Source: an uncultured Myxococcales bacterium
Lineage (GTDB): Bacteria; Myxococcota; UBA4151
Length of the DNA stretch: 64,000 nt
Direction of reading: 5' to 3'
NCBI GenBank assembly: GCA_964013405.1
Contig: CAXGWI010000001.1
Location: 1 to 64,000 of the forward strand
Shown here: one piece after another, positions 48,375 to 58,486 of the stretch
Position numbering within the stretch: the first letter of the stretch is position 1
Layout of the letters: every line of letters begins with the position of its first letter
Made by a program: the position numbers and the translations under genes
The notes under the pieces: generated by a model
The model's input: the letters and a program-made list of their open reading frames with translations, nothing else
What the model was told of the DNA's origin: nothing
Databases searched by the model: none

Positions 48375-49430
48375 ATGTCCCGTAAGTCTTCAGATCCCCG
48401 TCACCAAGCCCTCGACCTGGCGATCACGAGTATCGAACGCCAATTTGGTAAGGGTGCCATCATGCGCCTTGGCGATGAAAACTACCGGGCTGCCGAAGTG
48501 GAAGTCATTCCAACCGGCACCCTTGGTATCGACAGCGCCCTCGGAATCGGCGGTCTTCCCAAGGGCAGGATCACTGAGATCTATGGTCCCGAATCCTCTG
48601 GAAAGACAACGCTGGCGCTCCATGTCCTGGCCAACTGTCAAAAACAGGGTGGCGTTGCGGCCTTCGTCGATGCGGAACACGCCCTTGACGTCGGTTATGC
48701 CCGCACCATCGGAGTCAACACCGACAACCTCCTGGTCGCCCAACCGGATACCGGCGAGCAGGCTCTGGACATCGTCGATACGCTTGTTCGGTCTGGCGCC
48801 GTCGATTGCATCGTCGTCGATTCCGTGGCGGCCCTCGTCCCCAAAGCCGAAATTGAAGGCGACATGGGGGACACCCACGTCGGGCTCCAGGCGAGGCTGA
48901 TGAGCCAGGCTCTTCGGAAACTCACCGCCAGTGTGAGCCGCAGCAGTTGCTCGCTGATCTTCCTCAATCAACTACGCATGAAGATCGGGGTCATGTTCGG
49001 GAACCCTGAAACCACAACCGGTGGTAATGCCCTTAAGTTCTACTCTTCCATTCGCCTGGACATTCGCCGCATCACCTCCATCAAGGCCGGCGACGAGCTG
49101 GTCGGCAACCGGACCCGGCTCAAGGTCGTCAAAAACAAGATGGCAGCGCCCTTCCGAAAGGTTGAGTTCGACATCATGTTTGATGGCACCGGCATCAGTG
49201 CCGCCGGGGATCTGCTTGACCACGCCCTCGAACATAAATTCATCCTAAAGTCGGGGAGTTGGTTCAGCCTCGCAGATGGCGAGCGCATCGGTCAGGGCCG
49301 GGAGAATGCCCGGGCCTACCTGCAGCAAAATCAAGAGGTGGCGCAAGATCTCGACCGCAAACTCAGAATCGCCCTGGGGCTCACCCGGCAGGCTGCGGTC
49401 GCCGTGACGGAAGAAGAAGGCGAAGCCTAA
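48375..49430 (+). CDS. recA: Recombinase A
   Basis: [60 protein letters not shown]. Confidence 0.99.
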   Translation: MSRKSSDPRHQALDLAITSIERQFGKGAIMRLGDENYRAAEVEVIPTGTLGIDSALGIGGLPKGRITEIYGPESSGKTTLALHVLANCQKQGGVAAFVDAEHALDVGYARTIGVNTDNLLVAQPDTGEQALDIVDTLVRSGAVDCIVVDSVAALVPKAEIEGDMGDTHVGLQARLMSQALRKLTASVSRSSCSLIFLNQLRMKIGVMFGNPETTTGGNALKFYSSIRLDIRRITSIKAGDELVGNRTRLKVVKNKMAAPFRKVEFDIMFDGTGISAAGDLLDHALEHKFILKSGSWFSLADGERIGQGRENARAYLQQNQEVAQDLDRKLRIALGLTRQAAVAVTEEEGEA

Positions 49431-49454
49431 ATCCCTAGCCACAACTTATCGGTG

Positions 49455-49487
49455 AAGGGGGGAGGTGACTCCCCCCTTTGCGTTTTT
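49455..49487 (+). terminator. Intrinsic terminator after recA (possibly bidirectional)
   Basis: aaggggggag-gtga-ctcccccctt then tgcgttttt, between convergent genes. Confidence 0.75.
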
Positions 49488-52428
49488 AGGGCTTCGCCTG
49501 AGCATGGGAGCGGTGATGCTTTGTCGGCAACTTCGGATCCCAGCCTTTTCTGGAAAGTACCCAGAAACTCTCACTGGCCCCATAGGCTACCCCTTGGAGG
49601 GCCCGAATACTGATCAAGTTATGCCCTGGCTCCAATGGCACTTGGAGGTCGAGTTGCGACGCAAGGTCAGCGCCTCGAACCAAGGCAACCTTCTTCTGAC
49701 CTGACTCAGAACGGCGATAAACCACGACGTGCTTGAGCGCTGCGTCCGACCCAACGACAGCCTTTAGGTCCAAAACACCGTCTAGCACTTCGTAGTGCTG
49801 CTCCGGATTGATCAGATCGATCTTGGGCGGGCGACGGGCCGTATCTATCGTTGCCAACGTCGTGGTTGATGGGGCTGCTTTGCCATCGGCTGCAGCAAGA
49901 AATCCAATCCGACCTCGGCGGTCGGTGACTCGCCACCAGTCACCGGATCGACCCAGGCATTTGAAGACGGCCGGATTGCCGATGGTGGAAACCACCTCGG
50001 CCTGAAGGGACCCCCCTTGCCGAAGGAGTGATCCGCTCCTTGCCGTCGTATACGGCCGGGCGCAGGCTTTCGCAGCAAGAGGCTTAGCGACCACAGGCAG
50101 CACGACTCGGTCGCTGTGCCAAACGCCTTCTTTGGTGGCACCGACCGTCAAATCAAACTCAAGAGCCTGATCGACAGCCCGTGCCTCAAAACTCAGCTTT
50201 GCGGTCCAGCTTTCCCCAGCTTTTAGAGCCTCATGGCGTCGCCGGGCACCGAGAAGTTTGACCGCACTCCCGTTGCGATTGCGCAGGGCAACGAGGAGGC
50301 TTCCGGCCGAGCGCTCCCTTGCGGTGACCTCCACTTGTAAGTTCACGGTTTCGCCGGAACTCACCAAACCATCAGAATCATCCACCACGCTAACGTGATA
50401 CTCCAAGGCCGGCCGGCCTTGGGGCAGGATACGCAGACTCGTTGGTTTCGGCGAATCGACCGTGCCCCCCACCGCATCCATCTGCAGCGTGATGTAATCC
50501 TGTCGAGCCCGTTGGTTCTGAGACATTTCTACCGTTCGTACCCGACACGCGCGCTGACCGGCCGGGACTCGGCCTACAACGAACTCAAGTTCATTCAGGG
50601 AGCCATGGGCACTGACCGTCCGGCCATGAACACGGTAGAGATCACTGTCCGATGGATTGACCACACAGAGTTTTAGGTCGACCGACTCACCGGCCTGCAC
50701 CTTGCCTTGCACGGAAAGTTCGGCCCGAGCCTTCACCCCTTGGCCACGATCCGACGGGGACGGAGGCTCCCAGGCGATCTCTTGTGACTTAAGGGCCGCG
50801 GTAATCAGCGCATCCTGTTCGAGACGAACACGATCGAGTTCTTGGGTGATTCGACGGTAGAAGGTGTCGGCCTTCGCTGCACCGCCGGTGAGGAGCAGGC
50901 GGCGAGCCAAGCGAATCTCGAAATCCTCGGCGATCTCCCCAGCATTCTCCTGCCGTGTCTGCTCATCCTGATCCATCGCTTCTTCGGCGAGGTAGGCGAT
51001 GGTGGACCGCACCCGCTGGGCCTGGGTCGAGCCGTGGTCGAGACTGCGATTTAAGTCGGACTCACGGGTCGTCTCCGGGGGCCTTAGGGCGATGAAATCT
51101 TCCTCAACTTGAGCGGCCTGTAGACGGATATCGGGGACGATACCCGTCCCTTGGATGCTCACGCCTCCAGGTGTCAGGTAGTGGGCGATGGTTAACTTCA
51201 GCGCGGTCCCTTCCACCTTGGTCCGACGGGGATGGAATGGAATGATCGTCTGGACGGAGCCCTTGCCGAAGCTCTGCTGCCCGAGCAGCAGCGCCCGCCC
51301 ATGATTTCGAAGTGCGCCGGCCACGATCTCTGAGGCGGAGGCCGACCCAGCGCTCAAGAGGACAACGATGGGCAGATCTGTAAGCGAGCCCGCCTCGTGG
51401 GCATAGCGGGGCTGGCTCATCTGGTCGCCAAAACCTTCAGTGGTGACGATGACTCCCTTGTTCAAGAAGAGGTCCGAAATACTCACTGCCTGCTCAAGAA
51501 GCCCACCTGGGTTATCCCGGAGGTCGAGAATCAGGCCCTTGGTCGCGCCGCCTTGGCGCATCTTCGCCAGGGCTGTGACCGCCTCATCGGTGGTGTTTTC
51601 TCGAAAACTCTTCAGTCGCAGATAACCGACACCATCCCCGAGAATCTTATGGCTGACGGAGCGCACTTTGATAATTCGGCGAGTCAGTTCTTTCTCGATG
51701 GGCCGCTGGGCACCTTTACGACGAATCTGAATCGTCACCTTGGTTCCAGGCCTGCCACGCAACAGCCCGACCGCCTCTTCGAGGGTCATGTTTTCCGTCG
51801 TCTCATCGTTGATTTGAATGATCTGATCACGGGCCCGAATACCGGCCTTCGACGCCGGGGTATCTGGTATGGGCGAGATGACAGTAAGCCAACCGTCTCG
51901 TTGCCCAATCACAATCCCCAAGCCACCAAACTGCCCTTGGGTCGATACCTTCATCTCTTCGTACTCTTGTGGAGAGAACATGACAGAGTGAGGGTCGAGC
52001 GTACCAAGCATGCCATTGATGGCCTTGAGCTCGACGTCTTGAGCTTTGACATCCTCAGGCAGGTGGAGCGCGACGTAATCCAGAGAGCGCTTCAAGGTCA
52101 TGAAGGCTTCCCAGATGGACGCCATGCGTTCCACATTCAACGTCAAGGGAGGCGCACCAACCATCTGCAAATAGACCTGGCCAGGCAACTTCGACTCGTC
52201 AAAAACCAACTCTGGGACCACAGACTCCACACTGCGGAGCGAATGGGTCACCATTTCCTTCGGCTGAAATCGAGCCGGCTTCACGTAGCCCTTGGTCAGT
52301 TCGAGGATCGCCCAACTCAACTGCTCGGTCGCGCGCAGTTGCCGAGCCTCCTCCTGCTGAGACATGACCCCAAGAACAGGGTTCAGGCTGTTGGCGACGA
52401 GGTAGACCAGAAAGAATGAGTTAAGCAT
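49486..52428 (-). CDS. S41 carboxyl-terminal protease (PDZ) with a long C-terminal beta-rich extension, MXAN_5808-like
   Basis: LDPHS, GQFGGLGI, LDLRDNPGGLL, SASASEIVAGAL, FGKGSVQ, IQGTGIVPD; start at ATG 52428 (MLNSFFLVYL), 7 nt after the upstream stop. Confidence 0.92.
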   Translation of the reverse strand: MLNSFFLVYLVANSLNPVLGVMSQQEEARQLRATEQLSWAILELTKGYVKPARFQPKEMVTHSLRSVESVVPELVFDESKLPGQVYLQMVGAPPLTLNVERMASIWEAFMTLKRSLDYVALHLPEDVKAQDVELKAINGMLGTLDPHSVMFSPQEYEEMKVSTQGQFGGLGIVIGQRDGWLTVISPIPDTPASKAGIRARDQIIQINDETTENMTLEEAVGLLRGRPGTKVTIQIRRKGAQRPIEKELTRRIIKVRSVSHKILGDGVGYLRLKSFRENTTDEAVTALAKMRQGGATKGLILDLRDNPGGLLEQAVSISDLFLNKGVIVTTEGFGDQMSQPRYAHEAGSLTDLPIVVLLSAGSASASEIVAGALRNHGRALLLGQQSFGKGSVQTIIPFHPRRTKVEGTALKLTIAHYLTPGGVSIQGTGIVPDIRLQAAQVEEDFIALRPPETTRESDLNRSLDHGSTQAQRVRSTIAYLAEEAMDQDEQTRQENAGEIAEDFEIRLARRLLLTGGAAKADTFYRRITQELDRVRLEQDALITAALKSQEIAWEPPSPSDRGQGVKARAELSVQGKVQAGESVDLKLCVVNPSDSDLYRVHGRTVSAHGSLNELEFVVGRVPAGQRACRVRTVEMSQNQRARQDYITLQMDAVGGTVDSPKPTSLRILPQGRPALEYHVSVVDDSDGLVSSGETVNLQVEVTARERSAGSLLVALRNRNGSAVKLLGARRRHEALKAGESWTAKLSFEARAVDQALEFDLTVGATKEGVWHSDRVVLPVVAKPLAAKACARPYTTARSGSLLRQGGSLQAEVVSTIGNPAVFKCLGRSGDWWRVTDRRGRIGFLAAADGKAAPSTTTLATIDTARRPPKIDLINPEQHYEVLDGVLDLKAVVGSDAALKHVVVYRRSESGQKKVALVRGADLASQLDLQVPLEPGHNLISIRALQGVAYGASESFWVLSRKGWDPKLPTKHHRSHAQAKP

Positions 52429-52435
52429 GGGATCT

Positions 52436-53125
52436 CTAAGCTGGAGCCGGAGGAGGGTCACCGAGAATAGCAGTCGTGAAGCGCTCCGCACCAGCTTCAT
52501 CCACCTCACCGGACTGAAAGGCGGTGTCGAGCAATCCAGAGAGTTTCTCCAGATCAACTCCTTTAACGACTGGAACCGAAATAGATTCTGGCAGACCTGC
52601 TTCGGCATCGGCCAGACTCATGAGCCAACGGTGCACATCATCCAATGCCAGTTCCGTCTCGGGCTCCAGCCAGCGATTCAAACGTTGCACAAGGGCTTCG
52701 ACGCTCGACGCCTGTTGCCAAAGACTAAATGGGTGAATGGCGAGTTCTTGCATTTCGGGTTCTGGGTCGGCTGCGAGGGCCACATCGACCAACTCGGCAT
52801 GGAGCAGACCGAAGCCGATACCAAGCCGCATCAGCGGACCTAGAATGAAGTGATCCCGATCTTCATGGCGGATGAGACGATTAACGACCTCGAAGAAGTC
52901 CTGCCCGTGGAGACGATCCGCCCAGGCCTTCCCCATGGGCTTCGGATCGAGTCGAGGACAATTGAGCAGTAAAACACCGAGACAGGCCATATCCGGGTTG
53001 CGCTTCAAAGCCTCAGCGGTCCGGCCACCGGCCGGCAAGACCTTTAAGTTGGCCTGTAGCAGGGCCAAATGAGCCAGCGGGTGAAGGGACACGAATAGCC
53101 TCTCTCCGTAGGAGTCTAGTCCCAA
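52436..53125 (-). CDS. Hypothetical helical protein
   Basis: Open frame exactly filling the aldolase-protease gap; start uncertain (first TTG after the aldolase stop used). Confidence 0.55.
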   Translation of the reverse strand: MGLDSYGERLFVSLHPLAHLALLQANLKVLPAGGRTAEALKRNPDMACLGVLLLNCPRLDPKPMGKAWADRLHGQDFFEVVNRLIRHEDRDHFILGPLMRLGIGFGLLHAELVDVALAADPEPEMQELAIHPFSLWQQASSVEALVQRLNRWLEPETELALDDVHRWLMSLADAEAGLPESISVPVVKGVDLEKLSGLLDTAFQSGEVDEAGAERFTTAILGDPPPAPA

Positions 53126-53147
53126 GGCGCCGAACTCGGCAAGATTT

Positions 53148-53798
53148 CTAGGGCAAAAGTGACGGCGCTGCGAGACCCGCGCGCCGATGCTTATCCGATA
53201 ATGCCTCGATCTCCTCGGGTGGCAACCGGGTTGGTCCGCCCAAAGGAACCGACCGCAGCGCGATCGAAGCCAGGTGCTCAAGAAGTTCCATCCGAGCCAG
53301 TGCCATGGTGAGATCAAGGCCCCAGGCGAGCGGACCATGACCCATTAGGAGGGCTGCATTGGCTGCGCGAGCAGCATCGTGGACAGCCTGGCTCATGCCC
53401 TCTGCGCCCGGTCGATGATAAGGAACGTGGGCGATCTTCGGCCCGAGACTCACGATGGCCTCCGGCATAAAATCGATCGCCAGTTCACGACCACTCACAG
53501 CGAAAGCCGTCGATGAAGGCGCATGACAATGGATCACCGCCCCCATCCCGGGTCGAGCTTGAAACACGGCCCGATGCAACTGCCATTCACTAAACACGCG
53601 ATGCCGCCCCGAGAGTACCTTCCCGTCGATATCGATCACCAGCAGATCGGCCGAGCCGATGTCCCCTTTGCGGAAAGCGGTCGGCGTGACCAGAAATCGA
53701 TTGCCTGGGAGGCGCATGCTGATGTTGCCGTCATGATTGGCAACAAAGCCTTTTTGGTCGAGCCATTGGCAGGCCCTCAGCAACTCCTCAGCGCTCAC
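53148..53798 (-). CDS. Class II aldolase/adducin family protein
   Basis: DGNISMR, LVTPT, SEWQLH, AVIHCHAP, LLMGHG. Confidence 0.92.
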   Translation of the reverse strand: MSAEELLRACQWLDQKGFVANHDGNISMRLPGNRFLVTPTAFRKGDIGSADLLVIDIDGKVLSGRHRVFSEWQLHRAVFQARPGMGAVIHCHAPSSTAFAVSGRELAIDFMPEAIVSLGPKIAHVPYHRPGAEGMSQAVHDAARAANAALLMGHGPLAWGLDLTMALARMELLEHLASIALRSVPLGGPTRLPPEEIEALSDKHRRAGLAAPSLLP

Positions 53799-54046
53799 GC
53801 GGTCGTCACCTCGTCGACGATCCCGATGATCAATGAGCGAACAGGGGGCTGCCCCCCCAGGATCTGCCGGACCCCGTTGCCCTCCCGCATCACGAGAACT
53901 CGTTCGCCCGGCGCCGCACCGACGCGATCAACGGCGATCAAGTCTTCGTCGCCATGCTCAGGACGAACCATTTTGATGGGTAAGCCATCGTAGCCAGGAT
54001 GGTGCTGATCAGCGGTCACACTGCCGAGGACCTTGGCGATGATCAT
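53795..54046 (-). CDS. EutN/CcmL-family microcompartment vertex protein (BMC-P)
   Basis: MIIAKVLGSVTA, IAVDRVGAAPGERVLV, IIGIVDEV; ATGA overlap with upstream paralog. Confidence 0.9.
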   Translation of the reverse strand: MIIAKVLGSVTADQHHPGYDGLPIKMVRPEHGDEDLIAVDRVGAAPGERVLVMREGNGVRQILGGQPPVRSLIIGIVDEVTTA

Positions 54047-54318
54047 CCCTCCACCTCCCGGTGTGCATCGTCCACAATACCGATGACGGCCAGATCCACC
54101 GGCACGAAAGTCGGTCGACAACCAAGAGCAGCCTCTCTGCTGCCAACAAGGACCACTCTTTGTCCCAGCGAACTGCTCACCGTATCAACGGCCACCTCGA
54201 GCCCCCCCAAAGGCCTACCGTCATGATCTTCCCGCTGCACCAATCGGAACGTGAAGCCATTCATGGAAGGGAGCTTCCTCGTCGCCACAACGGTCCCTTT
54301 GATCACACCGAACTGCAT
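54043..54318 (-). CDS. EutN/CcmL-family microcompartment vertex protein (BMC-P)
   Basis: MQFGVIKGTVVATRK, VAVDTV..GQRVVLV, SREAA, PVDLAVIGIVD; AGGAG RBS. Confidence 0.92.
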   Translation of the reverse strand: MQFGVIKGTVVATRKLPSMNGFTFRLVQREDHDGRPLGGLEVAVDTVSSSLGQRVVLVGSREAALGCRPTFVPVDLAVIGIVDDAHREVEG

Positions 54319-54323
54319 GCAGG

Positions 54324-56243
54324 TTATCTCCTAGGTAACTTCAACGGGATGATAAACACGGCGGGATCACCGGGGAAAGTGGGGAAACGCCAACGCTGAG
54401 CCCGATTGATGATACATTTCGTCACCGGCAGGCCTTCGTACACTGGCGTTAATGCCGAGACCGAACTGACCCGCCCCGTGGGCTGGACGGTCAATTCAAG
54501 CTTCAACTCACCGTGCAGGGCCTCTTGTCGTGTCATGGCCCGGGAGGCGCAGTTGTTGAGGGCTTTGATCCCTCGCTTGAAGACCCGATTGATGTCCTCC
54601 GCATCGAGTTCGGACTTTCTTCCCGGTTGCGGTGTCAGTCGGACCTTCGCCAGTGGAATACGGACGGTCCCGAGGGCCTCTTGCAAGGTTGCCATGCGAC
54701 GTAGATCGGAGTCACTCACCTTCGCTTTTTGACGAAGTTCCCGCTCCCGTCGAACAGCTGGGTCTTCATCCACCTTGCGCTTCTTCGTCTTTGCGGATTT
54801 CCGACGCCGCTTCGAGGCCGCTTTCTGCTGGGCCTCCGCCGCCCGTTCCTCCTCCTCGATCGCATCCATCTCAGCCTGAATCAGATGCTCTCCCGAAAGG
54901 AACTGCATCAGGGCCTGGTGGTCTTCCGCAGCAATCGATGTGCCCTTGCGGTATGCGAGCACTTTCGCCGGCTGGGCCGGGTCTCCATAGGTCGTTCGAA
55001 TCGTGTCGACGACCGGCAACTTAATGATGTCGGCCATGGCGATCTCGGCGAGCGCCGAGGAACTGAAAGGCTTGAATGTGGGGTGACCCTGGGGGCAGTC
55101 AAAGTCATCCGCCATGGTCGCTCCGGCATCCGCTCCCGCCGGAGCTAAACTTTCACAGCCTCGGAAATTCGCCGTTCCAATGCGCACCTGAACCAAGTCG
55201 CCGGGGATCGCCTTGAGATCGACGAGGTAGTTTTGCTCCTCAAAGAGTGGGGCCCAGGCCAGGCGTTCTGAAATACCGGCCCCAACCACCATCCTCTCCC
55301 GTAGACTCGCCCCGGCCGCATCGCCAAGAACCAATAGGCGAACGAAGCTGCGCCGGCCAAGTTTGTTGACGCTCTCCACGGTCATGCCTCCTTGGCCAAA
55401 GGGCGAAGGCAACCAGCCCAGCGTCACACTCCCCACGTAGCCAAAGATCATCAGGACCAGGGTCAGAAGAATAATAAGACGACGACGCTTGCCCTGCTCA
55501 AGACCACTGGCCAGCAAAAACATCCGGGTTTCTTCACCGATCGTGTTGCTCGTCGACTCACTCAGGTCGACATGGTCCGATGCGACGGCAGGGCTGGGCT
55601 CCTGTTCAGCGTGCCCACCGAACGGTGTCGATGGCCCCGTTGCGGACGGTTGCGCCTCGACCACCGGCTGCACACCACTGACCCCTGGCTCTTGAACGGG
55701 CGCAGACGAGGAAGCCTCGCCACGGGATTCACGCCGACGGGGAGCCGGGGATGAAGCCTCTGCTGCCCGTTGGTCCGGTGGCCCATCATAGGTGGTTGCA
55801 TCGGGATCGATGGGCCCCGAAGACTCGACCTGGGCCTGACTACCTTGACCGGCCTCGTCGACGAAGACGGCGAGTTCGGGCAGATCTCGAACGGGGCGCC
55901 AATCCCCCATGCCCGCGTGCCAGGCGTGATCCGTCGGACGAAAACGCCCCTCGCGCAAGGCCTGGGCAACCTCCGACTCCCCCATAGGGCCGTAACGCTG
56001 CCCCTCCCGAGCCAGGTACCACTTCTTAGGGACGGGACTTTCATCAGCCCCCGACGAGTTACGAGAGAGAAAGGCCCGGAGATCGTGGGCAGAGATGCTG
56101 TCCATCGAGCCCATCGACCGGGCCGGGTCACGGACGACCATGATCTCCTGACAGGCCCGGCAACGGATTTTGAGGATCCGCCCCCGAACTGTATCGTCGG
56201 AGATGCTGTATTTTGCGCCGCAGTGCTCGCAGCGAAACTTCAC
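54324..56243 (-). CDS. AgmX/GltJ-like protein: zinc ribbon, GYF_2 domain, TM, C-terminal TonB-C-like (AgmX/PglI) domain
   Basis: VKFRCEHCGAKYSISDD...IRCRAC; WYLAREGQRYGPM...WHAGMGDWRPV; one TM; GELKLELTVQPTGRVSSV...CIINRAQRWRFP. GTG start at 56243 inferred. Confidence 0.85.
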   Translation of the reverse strand: MKFRCEHCGAKYSISDDTVRGRILKIRCRACQEIMVVRDPARSMGSMDSISAHDLRAFLSRNSSGADESPVPKKWYLAREGQRYGPMGESEVAQALREGRFRPTDHAWHAGMGDWRPVRDLPELAVFVDEAGQGSQAQVESSGPIDPDATTYDGPPDQRAAEASSPAPRRRESRGEASSSAPVQEPGVSGVQPVVEAQPSATGPSTPFGGHAEQEPSPAVASDHVDLSESTSNTIGEETRMFLLASGLEQGKRRRLIILLTLVLMIFGYVGSVTLGWLPSPFGQGGMTVESVNKLGRRSFVRLLVLGDAAGASLRERMVVGAGISERLAWAPLFEEQNYLVDLKAIPGDLVQVRIGTANFRGCESLAPAGADAGATMADDFDCPQGHPTFKPFSSSALAEIAMADIIKLPVVDTIRTTYGDPAQPAKVLAYRKGTSIAAEDHQALMQFLSGEHLIQAEMDAIEEEERAAEAQQKAASKRRRKSAKTKKRKVDEDPAVRRERELRQKAKVSDSDLRRMATLQEALGTVRIPLAKVRLTPQPGRKSELDAEDINRVFKRGIKALNNCASRAMTRQEALHGELKLELTVQPTGRVSSVSALTPVYEGLPVTKCIINRAQRWRFPTFPGDPAVFIIPLKLPRR

Positions 56244-56354
56244 GTGGCGTGCACCCCAGTCATCCGTCCATCTTATAGAGGAGATGGACGGAACAAACAA
56301 AAGGGTTTGTCCTGTAAGGATGTTTTAGGGGACATCAGGCCTTAGGGAGGTGGT

Positions 56355-57416
56355 TTGCTACTCGTCTGGACCCTAGCTCGGCAAATGGCCGCCAACGCAT
56401 TACTCAGCTTCGCCCTGCTGTTCGTCACCGTCCTGAGCAGTCAGTTGTTGCGTCTCGGTCCCCTCGTCCTCGCCGGCATGAGCGATCCGCTCGGCTTCCT
56501 CAGCGTCCTTCTCGACACCCTGCCGCGGATTCTGGCCATGGCCCTTCCCTTCTCTCTTCCTCTGGGCGCATTCCTCACCGTCGACCGCTTGGAGCGGCGT
56601 TCCTTGGGCGACGCCATTCGAGCCCTCGGCATGCCAGCGACCCGAGTCTGGCTGCGGGCCGGTTGGCTGACAGGTCTTGGCGGTGCACTCTTGATCATCC
56701 CCTTCGCCTGGCTCCTCGAAGCAGAAGCAGCCAAGGCTTTTCCTCGGCACGCCCTTACCCTGGCTCAGGAGTCCGTCATCGAACGTATTCAGCCGGGCCA
56801 AGTGGTGCCGATGACCGATGAGCTTTCCTTCTACGCTGGACCTCGAAACCAGCGAGGGGATTTCGACCATCTCACGGTCTTGTTTGAAGAGAACGTGCTC
56901 GCCGGTCGAGATGGGCGGCTGGAAGGATTAGGGACCCAGGCCCTTGGTCTCTACTTGGCCGAAGCCGAACTCTGGCAAAGTACCAATCAAGGCCCGGTCC
57001 GCTCCACGGCGCGAGAGGTCCATGTTCGGCTGCCCGTCAGTCGCAATATCATTCGAAACATGAGTTTCTTTGCCGATCGGGAACGCCTCTCCCTCGCCCA
57101 GTTGATTAAAAGTCCGAGTACGGACCGGGAGGGCCGACGGCGCCAACACCTCGGATGGACGCGGCTTTTGGCGCCCTTGTTCACCTTAATACTGCCCGTC
57201 TTTAGTATTGCCTGTGCCCTTCTCGCACCGCCAAGGGCCCGTATCCTCTGTGGTCTAGCTGCCACGGTCTTGGTGATCGGGGTGCACCTGGCTAGCGAGT
57301 CCTTAACCCTTGCAGGGTGGCCAGCCCCGCTGGTGGCGGGCTTGGCCCCCTTGATCGCCCTGATACCCATTCTTCTAGCGCTCCGTGCTGAAGACCGTCG
57401 AGGTGTCCAAGGATGA
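56355..57416 (+). CDS. lptF: LptF/LptG family permease (LptF-like)
   Basis: Three N-terminal TMs (ALPFSLPLG..AIRALG), a periplasmic beta region and three C-terminal TMs; paired with the next gene. Confidence 0.75.
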   Translation: MLLVWTLARQMAANALLSFALLFVTVLSSQLLRLGPLVLAGMSDPLGFLSVLLDTLPRILAMALPFSLPLGAFLTVDRLERRSLGDAIRALGMPATRVWLRAGWLTGLGGALLIIPFAWLLEAEAAKAFPRHALTLAQESVIERIQPGQVVPMTDELSFYAGPRNQRGDFDHLTVLFEENVLAGRDGRLEGLGTQALGLYLAEAELWQSTNQGPVRSTAREVHVRLPVSRNIIRNMSFFADRERLSLAQLIKSPSTDREGRRRQHLGWTRLLAPLFTLILPVFSIACALLAPPRARILCGLAATVLVIGVHLASESLTLAGWPAPLVAGLAPLIALIPILLALRAEDRRGVQG

Positions 57417-58486
57417 CGCACTTGATGATCCCGCTGGCGAGCCACCTAACGAGAGTCCTCACGGTCACGCTCCTGATTTTAATCTCCGGTTGGCTCGTGG
57501 TGGATGCAGCCGAGATGGGACGCCATATGGTTGAAGTCGACGGGGCCGTCATCTTCGATCTCTACAGTTATCGCCTCCCGGTCTTCCTCCATCGACTCAC
57601 CCCAGTGGCGATGGTCCTTGCCGCGGGCCTGACACTTGGCACCTGGGCCAGTCGACGCTACCTCCAAGCATCGGCTGCCCTCGGCGCGGAGATTCATGCG
57701 CCTGCGCTCCTCGTCACCCTCCTCCTCAGCCCAGTAGCCATTTTTTGGGGCTGGGCCGGAACCGACGCGATCCCCCGTATGCACAAACAGCAGAACGAGA
57801 TCCTCTTCGAAAAGTTTCGGATTGGCGGTATCCACTACTGGAACCTGCACCAGCCGACCGGGCTCTTGCTCGAGCCCCCATGGCTCGTCCGCTTCAAACC
57901 GGAAGGTCCCACGCGGATTCGGGACGTCGAAGGCGTTCGACTGCGACGGGGCGAAGTTCTCGGCCTTGTTTTCGCACCCACTGCAGAACGAATCGGCCGC
58001 GACTGGATCGCGCCGGAGATCACCCATTCTCACTATCGCAAAGGAAAGCTGATCCAGCGGGTTCGCTCCAATGGAACATTGCCCTTTTTAGATACAGGAA
58101 TGAGCGTGAGTCACGCCCTTGGCTTTCCCGAGGAGTTCGGCAGCGACGAACTCAGCGAAGTGGCCCACCGAGCGAAATTGGCAGGTAGTGACCCCCGGGC
58201 CTACAACTACGAGGCCTGGCGGCGCCCCTCGAGCGTCCTCTTGCTCCTTTTAACCATGCTCACTGCCGCGATGATCGGCGCCCGAGTCCCCACCGGTAGT
58301 GGTTTCAATCTCATCCTCGCCCGCTCCGCCATGTGTGCTGCATTTTATGAGGCCTTCGCATTTTTCGGCGCGGCCTTGGGCTTGATCATTCCCCGGGGCA
58401 GAGAAGCCATCGCTGCTTGGCTGCCGATCTTTCTTATTGCCATATTTGCGAGTTGGGCTTCGGCCCGACTCGGACGGGCCCGCTGA
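57413..58486 (+). CDS. lptG: LptF/LptG family permease (LptG-like)
   Basis: YRLPVFLHRLTPVAMVLA; PEEFGSDEL; AAWLPIFL; 3+3 TM layout. Confidence 0.75.
   Translation: MTHLMIPLASHLTRVLTVTLLILISGWLVVDAAEMGRHMVEVDGAVIFDLYSYRLPVFLHRLTPVAMVLAAGLTLGTWASRRYLQASAALGAEIHAPALLVTLLLSPVAIFWGWAGTDAIPRMHKQQNEILFEKFRIGGIHYWNLHQPTGLLLEPPWLVRFKPEGPTRIRDVEGVRLRRGEVLGLVFAPTAERIGRDWIAPEITHSHYRKGKLIQRVRSNGTLPFLDTGMSVSHALGFPEEFGSDELSEVAHRAKLAGSDPRAYNYEAWRRPSSVLLLLLTMLTAAMIGARVPTGSGFNLILARSAMCAAFYEAFAFFGAALGLIIPRGREAIAAWLPIFLIAIFASWASARLGRAR

Noticed and set aside
53795..54318. Carboxysome or ethanolamine-utilisation operon
   Set aside because: No RuBisCO, eut/pdu enzymes or hexamer genes lie nearby; only family-level BMC-P calls are supported.
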